A stretch of 47,109 nucleotides of DNA, taken from Gemmatimonadaceae bacterium (GTDB taxonomy: Bacteria > Gemmatimonadota > Gemmatimonadetes > Gemmatimonadales > Gemmatimonadaceae). The DNA lies in the NCBI GenBank assembly GCA_033763905.1, contig JANRJP010000133.1, positions 1-47,109 of the forward strand. Reading direction: 5' to 3'. Position 1 is the stretch's first letter. The number at the start of each line of letters is the position of its first letter. Below, piece after piece: positions 27,966-34,942 of the stretch. Under the pieces are notes generated by a model, which was given only the letters and a program-made list of their open reading frames with translations, was not told where the DNA came from and searched no databases. Both the position numbers and the translations under genes were made by a program.

Positions 27966-28632
27966 CGGTGTACGTCAGTCGACGGTACACGCGTTCGAGG
28001 GCGGCATCGACGCGCCCATCGATGATGCGCTCCCGTCCTTCGACGATGCAGCCCGCGCGTCCGATGCCGACATCACCCACCCAGCGGACTTCGCGACCGG
28101 CAGCAAGCCGGTCGGCCGTGTCCTCGTCAGCGCCACTGCTTTGCAGCAAGGCCAGGTCCTGAGGATGGACACGAATGCGGAGCTGACGCTCGACTGGGAA
28201 CTCGTCGAGCGCGCGACGCACGAGCGCCGCCACCGCTTTGCGGTCGGCGGCGACTTCGCGGCCGATCAACTGTCGGGCGATCGCAGTCGCGAGCGCGCAC
28301 ACGTTCTCTTCGATGGTGCCGGTCCAGCGTTCCTCGCCGTCGCGAATCGCGTCGAGCGCTTCCTGCGCGGCCTGCACGGCGGAGCGAAGGCGCGCCTGTT
28401 CCCCGCGCTCACCCTCGAGCCGACCGTCTTCGTAGCCTTGCGCGTAGGCGTCCTGCAACGCGGCCTCGTGTGCGGCGGCCGCCGCCGCGGCCGCTGCGAT
28501 CTCGGGCGGCGGCTCGTCCGCGGCGGGAACGTCGATCGGCTCGGGGACGATGCGCTCGGCAAAGTCCTCCGGGGCCCAGCGGTCCGCGGGCGACGTGCGG
28601 ATGACGCCGGGCTTACTTGACGACCAGGTCAT
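27958..28632 (-). CDS. fliH: Export protein FliH
   Basis: AYAQGYEDGRLEG (GxxxG repeats), IRVHPQD and GCIVE...IIDG motifs. Start trimmed to ATG at 28632. Confidence 0.9.
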   Translation of the reverse strand: MTWSSSKPGVIRTSPADRWAPEDFAERIVPEPIDVPAADEPPPEIAAAAAAAAAHEAALQDAYAQGYEDGRLEGERGEQARLRSAVQAAQEALDAIRDGEERWTGTIEENVCALATAIARQLIGREVAADRKAVAALVRRALDEFPVERQLRIRVHPQDLALLQSSGADEDTADRLAAGREVRWVGDVGIGRAGCIVEGRERIIDGRVDAALERVYRRLTYTDV

Positions 28633-29656
28633 CCGCGCCTCCACCGAGCACGATTTCGCCGGCTTCTTCGAGCGCGCGGACCTGCGCGACGATCGCCGTC
28701 TGCGCCGCTTCGACATCGCTCATGCGCACCGGGCCCATCATATCCATCTCTTCCTTGAGGGCGCCCTGCGCGCGCTGCGACATCCCCTTGAGGATCTTGC
28801 CCTTGAGCTCTTCGCTCGCGGCCTTGAGCGCCATCGCCAACTGCTTGGTGTCCACTTCGCGCAGCACGCGCTGCAGTCCGGCCGGATCGAGCCCGGAGAG
28901 ATCTTCGAAGACGAACATCAGATTCTTGATCTGCTCGGACAGCGCCTGATCCTTCTGGCTGACGCCGTCGAGCAGTTCCTTTTCGTAGGATCCCGCGAGC
29001 AGGTTGAGGACTTGCGCCACCGCTGCCGGACCACCGGCGAGCGACATTCCTTGCGAGAAGTTGAAGTCCGCCTCGTTACCCAAGCTGCGCTCGATCAGCT
29101 GCAGCATATCGGGCGAGACCTTCTCCATCTTGGCCATCCGGTAGACGACTTCGCTCGCCGTCTGCGCGCCGAGTTCCTTGAGGACGGCGGCGGTCTGCGA
29201 GGTATCGAGGTGTGCCAGAATCAGCGCGGTCGTCTGCGGATGCTCGTTGCGGAACATCGTGCCGAGCTGCTGCGGGTCGGCCTTGCGCAGGCGCGTCAAG
29301 CCCGCTTTGTCGGCGAGCTGCTCCTGGATGCGACGCAGAATCTCCTTGGCCTTGCCGGAGCCGTACGCCTTCTCGAGCACTTCGCGGGCGTAGTCCATAC
29401 CGCCGGCGGAGTACTTGTCCATCGCGAACGCGAGCTGCAGCCACTCCTGCAGGGTCTGCTCGATCACGGCGCCGTCGACCGCATCCATTCGCGCGATCTC
29501 GAGCGAGATCAACTCGCCTTCTTCCGGCGTGAGCTTGGACGTGACCGTCGCGGCGAGCTCGGTGCCGAGCACCATACAGAGAATCGCGACTTTCTGCCGC
29601 CCGGTCAGGCGTTCGCCTTCCGGGGGAGAGTACTTCTGGATTGCCGTTGCGCCCAT
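28613..29656 (-). CDS. fliG: Motor switch protein FliG
   Basis: LTGRQKVAIL, GGMDYA, EHPQ, MFVFED and GPVRMSDVEAAQ motifs. Confidence 0.97.
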   Translation of the reverse strand: MGATAIQKYSPPEGERLTGRQKVAILCMVLGTELAATVTSKLTPEEGELISLEIARMDAVDGAVIEQTLQEWLQLAFAMDKYSAGGMDYAREVLEKAYGSGKAKEILRRIQEQLADKAGLTRLRKADPQQLGTMFRNEHPQTTALILAHLDTSQTAAVLKELGAQTASEVVYRMAKMEKVSPDMLQLIERSLGNEADFNFSQGMSLAGGPAAVAQVLNLLAGSYEKELLDGVSQKDQALSEQIKNLMFVFEDLSGLDPAGLQRVLREVDTKQLAMALKAASEELKGKILKGMSQRAQGALKEEMDMMGPVRMSDVEAAQTAIVAQVRALEEAGEIVLGGGADDLVVK

Positions 29657-29658
29657 CG

Positions 29659-31293
29659 TTACGCGTCTCGCAGCCAGATGCGGAACAACCGCGCAGCGTC
29701 ATCGGGGCTCTGCTCGATGACCTGAATGGTCTGATCGCGCAGTACCGTGTTGCCGACTTCGACCTGGAACGTCGGCGCGGCCTTCTTGACCAGCACGGCG
29801 CCGCCCCCGCCCGCGGCGGCGGCATCGAGCGCAGTCGCACCGCCGGCCGGAGCGCCGGGCAGCGGCAACGGAATGGCGGCCCCCGCCGCAATGGCGGTCG
29901 CCGGCGGTGCGATGGGCGCCGGCGCGGGCGGCTTGAGTGCGCGCAGCGTCATCAGGCCGATCACACCGACCATCAGCAAGCCGAGTCCGGTCATCGCCGG
30001 TTGCTGGTACTTCGTGATGGTCTCGACCAGCGTCGGTTCGGCGGGCGGCGCCAGCTTGTCGGCAGGTTCGAACGGCAAGTTGACGATCTGCACGACGTCG
30101 CCGCGAGCGGAGTCGGTGCCCACGGCCGTCCGCACCAACGCTTCGAGGCTGGCCAGCTCTTCGGCGGTCCGTGGTACCGGGACCAGCGCCGGCGTTGCCG
30201 TCGCGCTGGAATCCTTGGCGGCGCTGTCGGTCGCGGCCGGCGCGCCGGCCGCACGCGCCGCCGAATCCGGCGCCGCGAGCTTGTGATTGACCAGCACGCT
30301 GACCGACAGCCGCTTCACGTTGCCGATGGCGCCTTCAAAGGTCTCCACCGTCTTCGAGTTTTCGTAGGCGATCGCCGAGTTGGTCGAGCCCGCCCCCCCT
30401 TCCGCGCCAGGCACGATCTCGGCCTTCTGCTCGGTGCTCAGCGCCTGCCGCTCCGGATCCACCGTCTGCGACGTGCGCTGCACCTTGTCGAAGTTGATGT
30501 CGGCCGACACGGTGAGGCGCGCGTTGCTCGGACCGACCGCCTGATCGAGCATCGCCTGCGCCTTCTGCTGCAGATAGTTCTCGACTTCACGCCGGAGCGT
30601 CAGCTGCTTTGACGACAAGCCGGCGCCGCCGGATGACGCGTCGTCCGGCTGCGAAAGCGCCGAACCCCGTTCGTCCAGCACGGCGACGCGGTCGACCGCG
30701 ACGCCGCTGACGCTCGAGGACACCAGGCGCTGGATGCCCTGCACCATTTCGGCCGACGGAGGCGAGCCGCTCGCGAGCGCCACCACGACGCTGGCTGACG
30801 GCGGCGTATCGGAGGTGCGCCGGAAGGTGCTGGTCTCGTTGAGCGCGAGGCTCACCTTGGCCGAGGCGACACCGCGCATCTCGAGAACGGTGCGCTCGAG
30901 TTCCCCCTGCAGCGCACGACGGTACTGAATGCGCTGCTGGATGTCGGTCATCCCCCACTGCTGCGAGTCGAACAACTCCAATCCCTTGCGGTCGGGGCCG
31001 ATGTTGCCCGACTTCGCCAGCGCGACGCGCGCCCGCGCGACATCGGTTTCGGCGAGCCGAATCTCGGTGCCGCCATTGGCCAGCGTATGGGGAATGCCGG
31101 CCTTGGTGAGCTCGTCGTCGATCTTGGCCGCCTGCTCGATCGGCAGATTGGCGAACGCCGGCACCTGGTTCGGCTTGGCCGCCCAGTTGGCGAGGAGCAG
31201 GACGAGAATGGCCGAGCCGAGGCCGATCGCGCCAATGAGGGCGCGGCGCGGACCACCGACACGTTCGAGCAACGACGAGAGAGCGGGGGGCAT
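29659..31293 (-). CDS. fliF: MS-ring protein FliF
   Basis: GLELFD, YRRALQGELERT, PSASV, IQRLVSSSV and RLSVSVLVN motifs; two TM segments. Confidence 0.96.
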   Translation of the reverse strand: MPPALSSLLERVGGPRRALIGAIGLGSAILVLLLANWAAKPNQVPAFANLPIEQAAKIDDELTKAGIPHTLANGGTEIRLAETDVARARVALAKSGNIGPDRKGLELFDSQQWGMTDIQQRIQYRRALQGELERTVLEMRGVASAKVSLALNETSTFRRTSDTPPSASVVVALASGSPPSAEMVQGIQRLVSSSVSGVAVDRVAVLDERGSALSQPDDASSGGAGLSSKQLTLRREVENYLQQKAQAMLDQAVGPSNARLTVSADINFDKVQRTSQTVDPERQALSTEQKAEIVPGAEGGAGSTNSAIAYENSKTVETFEGAIGNVKRLSVSVLVNHKLAAPDSAARAAGAPAATDSAAKDSSATATPALVPVPRTAEELASLEALVRTAVGTDSARGDVVQIVNLPFEPADKLAPPAEPTLVETITKYQQPAMTGLGLLMVGVIGLMTLRALKPPAPAPIAPPATAIAAGAAIPLPLPGAPAGGATALDAAAAGGGGAVLVKKAAPTFQVEVGNTVLRDQTIQVIEQSPDDAARLFRIWLRDA

Positions 31294-31303
31294 TGTCGGA
31301 CGT

Positions 31304-31639
31304 TCAGGTGGACATGTTCATCACGGTCTTGTACGCCTCGAGGAACTTGTTGCGGACCTGGATCAGCAGGTCGATCGCAATGCCGGCTTCTTCCGAGGCG
31401 GCCATCACTTGGTGCAACTCGACGGGCTCGCCGCGCAGAAAGGCCTGCACGTAGTCCCGCGAAGTCTGTCCGGCGTCGCTGACCTGATTGAGCGCCTGCG
31501 TGAGCGTGTCGCCGAACGAGGCGCCCTGCGGCTCACGCAAGACCGGCACGCTGATCGCCTTCCCTTCGCTGGCCCCCTGCACCTCCTGCAGCGCGCGCGC
31601 GCGGGCGAGCAGATCAACTCCGTTGATCGGCGCGGTCAT
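31304..31639 (-). CDS. fliE: Basal-body protein FliE
   Basis: SFGDTL..AL..V...LHQVM.A...A......QVRNK.LEAY...MNM. Confidence 0.95.
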   Translation of the reverse strand: MTAPINGVDLLARARALQEVQGASEGKAISVPVLREPQGASFGDTLTQALNQVSDAGQTSRDYVQAFLRGEPVELHQVMAASEEAGIAIDLLIQVRNKFLEAYKTVMNMST

Positions 31640-31642
31640 CGC

Positions 31643-32011
31643 TCAGATCCGGACGTCGAGGCGGGCGCCGCGCGCGGCCGGCGGTGTGGGCGTCGACGCA
31701 CTGAACGCCGACACGTTGCGGCCGTAGGTCAGCGGTCCCATCTGCGCGAGCTTCGCGAAGTGCGCGCGCTCGTCGGTCGTCAGCACGCTCCAGAGCTGCG
31801 GGTCGACGCCAGCCGGCGGCTCGGCGCCGAGCGCGCGACTGCTGGCCGGGGCCGGTGGAGCCGCGGGCCGCATCGTCGGTGCGCGATCGATGCGTGACGG
31901 GGTGGCGGCCGGCGTCCGCACATCGGCGCCACGATCCACCGTGGGCGACGTGACGTTCGACGGCGTGCGCAGCGGCAGCGTCGGGTTCGGCGTGAGAGGC
32001 GAAATGGCCAT
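31643..32011 (-). CDS. Hypothetical protein inserted between flgC and fliE
   Basis: Co-oriented and tightly packed in the operon. Pro-rich N-half, core PPAGVDPQLWSVLTTDERAHFAKLAQMGPLTYG. Confidence 0.7.
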   Translation of the reverse strand: MAISPLTPNPTLPLRTPSNVTSPTVDRGADVRTPAATPSRIDRAPTMRPAAPPAPASSRALGAEPPAGVDPQLWSVLTTDERAHFAKLAQMGPLTYGRNVSAFSASTPTPPAARGARLDVRI

Positions 32012-32025
32012 AGGAGAGTGCCGGC

Positions 32026-32589
32026 TCAGATATCGAGCGCCTTCCGGAGCATCGCCTTGGCGCTCTGGAAGACGGTCGCGTTGGCTTCGTAGATGCGCTT
32101 GGCGTCCATCATGTCCACGATCTCGTCGGTGATCTTCACGTTCGGATAGCGGACGTAGCCATTTGCATCGGCGTCAGGATGTCCCGGGTCGTAGACGAGC
32201 GGTCCCATCGACGTGTCGTCGACTACACCGGTGACGGTGACGCCGTTGGCGGCTTCGACGGGATGTCTCGGCGACAGCGAGAATCGCGGGGTCGACGCGA
32301 CCGGCGCGATCTCGCCCGGCTGCGTCATCACCGGCGGCAGCGGCAGAAAGCCCGCGCCGGGCGACCGCTGTTCGAGCGGCGTGGACTGCATCGTCACCAC
32401 TTGCCGCGTGTAGGGCTTGCCGTCGGCGCCGCGTGTGACTTCGGCGTTGGCCAGGTTCTGCGCCGTGACTTCGAGCCGTGCGCGCTGCGCCGAGAGACCG
32501 CTCGCGGCAATGCCGAGCGTGCGGAACATCGGCTTGACGAGCGGTTGATCACCGACCGCCGGCAAGAGCTTGGGGAATCCGATGCGCAT
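32026..32589 (-). CDS. flgC: Rod protein FlgC
   Basis: IAASGLSAQR.R...AQNLANAE, VYDPGHPDAD.NGYV.YPNV and YEAN motifs. Alternative start at 32529. Confidence 0.96.
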   Translation of the reverse strand: MRIGFPKLLPAVGDQPLVKPMFRTLGIAASGLSAQRARLEVTAQNLANAEVTRGADGKPYTRQVVTMQSTPLEQRSPGAGFLPLPPVMTQPGEIAPVASTPRFSLSPRHPVEAANGVTVTGVVDDTSMGPLVYDPGHPDADANGYVRYPNVKITDEIVDMMDAKRIYEANATVFQSAKAMLRKALDI

Positions 32590-32594
32590 CGCGA

Positions 32595-32888
32595 TCAGTC
32601 CTTGATGATGGAGCGCAGCCGCGAGTACGTCTTCTCGAGCAGCTTCGCCGTGGTTTCGTAGCGGATCTGCTCGTCGGCGAGCGAGACCATCTCGGCTTCC
32701 AGATCCACGCCGCCCACTTCCGGCGAGCCCGGCGTGGCGCCCGCCTTCGGCAAGGCGAAGGAATCGGGGCGCTGCAGCGAGGCCTGCGCGACGCGGTCGG
32801 CAATCATTCGCGAGCGCTGCGTGCTGACATCCAGCCCGTCTTTCAGGCCGGTGGCGGACGAAACTCGATCGATGAAGCCGAAGGGCAT
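32595..32888 (-). CDS. flgB: Rod protein FlgB (short, divergent)
   Basis: First gene of the operon, before flgC. C-terminal VDLEAEMVSLADEQIRYE. Start trimmed to ATG at 32888. Confidence 0.8.
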   Translation of the reverse strand: MPFGFIDRVSSATGLKDGLDVSTQRSRMIADRVAQASLQRPDSFALPKAGATPGSPEVGGVDLEAEMVSLADEQIRYETTAKLLEKTYSRLRSIIKD

Positions 32889-32920
32889 TGGCGGAAGCGG
32901 TGGGAGACGCTGTCCGTCAA

Positions 32921-32936
32921 AGCACTCATCGTGCCA
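32921..32936 (-). promoter_or_regulatory. Sigma54 promoter of the flgB operon
   Basis: TGGCACGATGAGTGCT (GG-N10-GC). Confidence 0.8.
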
Positions 32937-32994
32937 GCAGGGATCGAACTTGTATGTCGTTGCGGTAGAACGACTTGGCCCCGAACATCCAGAG

Positions 32995-33057
32995 CGGCAA
33001 TTCCTGCCGTTCGTGGGGAGGCTCGGGGCCCGTGGACTAAAGTGGCATTTCTTGCCT
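32995..33057. promoter_or_regulatory. Pair of palindromic putative enhancer sites
   Basis: CGGCAATTCCTGCCG (32995-33009) and TGGCATTTCTTGCCT (33043-33057), upstream of the flgB sigma54 promoter. Confidence 0.6.
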
Positions 33058-34792
33058 ACTCGTCGTCGTCGTCGTCGCGGCCGGTGCCGTTCAAATAGTT
33101 CCGGAGAGTGCGGACGGAAATCTGCAGAAGCTCCGCCGCTTTGGTGCGGTTGCCGCCGGTCTGCTCCAAGGCGCGCTCGATCATTTTCGCGCGCATTTCC
33201 TTGAGGCTGAAGCTTTCGAGCACGATCCCCTCGTCGGCGCCGCTCGTAGGCACCGTTGGCGACGAGGGCTCGGCGGACGTCAACGGAGGCGCTGGAGCCA
33301 CCGGCGACGCGGTCGGCGCCGGAATCGCGTCGAAGCCCCCGCTTTCGGAGCGCGCGGGGGGCGCCATCGGCGGATAGGCCGAGGCCGCGACCGGAGGCGG
33401 ATAGACTGGCATCGGCGCTGGCGCCGGCTGGGGTGCGGCGGCCGGTGGCAGCGGCGCGACGGCCGGCGCCAGCGCCGGCACCGCCGGCACGGCAATCGGG
33501 GGCGATACCACCGGAGGCACCGGTGCCGGCGTCGTCCGACGCGCCGCGACTTCGGCCGGGATCGTCGCGCCGGAGCCGAACGAGGCGCGCACAATCTGCT
33601 GTTCGGGATCCTGATCCACCGCCAGGCCGAACCGCGCCGCGTCGAAGTGGAAGGCCTGCAGCACCGGCTGGTCGGCGAGGATCACGGCGCGTTCGACGGC
33701 GTGCTGCAACTCGCGGACGTTGCCCGGCCACGAAGCACGCTGCAACAGGGCCATCGCCTCTGGCGAGATGCCCTTGATGTCCTTGCCGTTCTCCTGCGCG
33801 GTGCGCATCGCGAACCGGTACGCGAGGAGCGGAATGTCCTCGGGGCGATCGCGAAGTGGTGGCACCAGAATCGGGATCACCGCGAGCCGGTAGTAGAGAT
33901 CCTGCCGGAAGGTGCCGGCAACCGATTCGGCTGCGAGGTTGCGATTTGTCGTCGCGACGATGCGGACGTCGACCTTGATCGGGCTCGTGCCGCCGACGCG
34001 TTCGAATTCCTGCTCCTGCAGTACGCGCAGCAGCTTCGACTGTAGATCGACACGCATTTCGGAGATTTCGTCGAGCAGCAGCGTGCCGCGATGGGCGCGT
34101 TCGAAGGCGCCTTCGACGCGCTTGACCGCGCCCGAGAACGCGCCTTTTTCGTGCCCGAAGAGATGCGACTCGATCAGGCCGTCGGGAATGGCGGCGCAGT
34201 TGAGCTTCACGAACGGCTTGTCGCGACGGTCCGACGCGTCGTGGATGGCGCGCGCGAAGAGCTCCTTGCCGGTGCCGGACTCTCCTTGGAGCAGCACGGT
34301 GGCGCGCGTCGGCGCCGCCATCGCTACCGTCTGCAGAATGCGACGGATTGGCAAGGAGTCGCCAATGATCTGACGCTCATTGCGGAACTCCATCACTTCG
34401 CGCCGCAGGGCTTCGTTCTCGCGGCGGAGCCGAACGAGCTCGAGCGCCTGATCGACGGCGAGCTCCAGCTGCTGCGGGCGCACGGGCTTGGTGATGTAGT
34501 CCACCGCACCAGCCTTGATGCTCGCCACCGCGTGCTCGATCGACGCGTAGCCGGTGAGCATGATCATCGGGATGTCGTAGCCCTCGCGCTGCAGCAGTGC
34601 GAGAAACTCGAGGCCGGTGAGCCCCGGCATCCGATAGTCCGAAATGATGAGGTCCACCCCGCCGCGGGCGAGGACCTGCAGCGCTTCCGGGACGTTGCGA
34701 GCGCCAACGGTCGAATGTCCGGCGCGCTCGAGGGTGTCCTCGAGAATGAGGCCGACGGACGGCTCGTCGTCTACATATAGGATGTTCGCCAT
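33056..34792 (-). CDS. Sigma54-dependent response regulator (REC-AAA+-HTH; FlbD/FlgR/FleR-like flagellar activator)
   Basis: REC domain (VDDE, SDYRMP, YITKP), GESGTGKE, GAFSGA, LLLDEI, FRQDLYYRL, WPGNVREL, and a Fis-type HTH (GGNRTKAAELLQIS). Confidence 0.93.
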   Translation of the reverse strand: MANILYVDDEPSVGLILEDTLERAGHSTVGARNVPEALQVLARGGVDLIISDYRMPGLTGLEFLALLQREGYDIPMIMLTGYASIEHAVASIKAGAVDYITKPVRPQQLELAVDQALELVRLRRENEALRREVMEFRNERQIIGDSLPIRRILQTVAMAAPTRATVLLQGESGTGKELFARAIHDASDRRDKPFVKLNCAAIPDGLIESHLFGHEKGAFSGAVKRVEGAFERAHRGTLLLDEISEMRVDLQSKLLRVLQEQEFERVGGTSPIKVDVRIVATTNRNLAAESVAGTFRQDLYYRLAVIPILVPPLRDRPEDIPLLAYRFAMRTAQENGKDIKGISPEAMALLQRASWPGNVRELQHAVERAVILADQPVLQAFHFDAARFGLAVDQDPEQQIVRASFGSGATIPAEVAARRTTPAPVPPVVSPPIAVPAVPALAPAVAPLPPAAAPQPAPAPMPVYPPPVAASAYPPMAPPARSESGGFDAIPAPTASPVAPAPPLTSAEPSSPTVPTSGADEGIVLESFSLKEMRAKMIERALEQTGGNRTKAAELLQISVRTLRNYLNGTGRDDDDDE

Positions 34793-34914
34793 TCGGGGCG
34801 GCTGCCGCGCTGAGAGAACTTGGGCAAACTATGCCTTTCCAGACGATTCTGCCGGTTTGAAGTAAACGGAAGGGTGGTGCGGAAGATCCTGCCCGATCCG
34901 GGTGTTGCCGGGGG

Positions 34915-34930
34915 TGGCGCGGTGTTTGCG
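34915..34930 (+). promoter_or_regulatory. Sigma54 promoter of the TPR-glycosyltransferase gene
   Basis: TGGCGCGGTGTTTGCG (GG-N10-GC); partial palindrome matches at 34822-34836, 34840-34854 and 34880-34894. Confidence 0.65.
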
Positions 34931-34942
34931 AATCGGAGTGGC

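Noticed and set aside
32889..33731. 378-aa ORF appearing to extend FlgB
   Set aside because: The extension runs through the sigma54 promoter and overlaps the activator gene in another frame.
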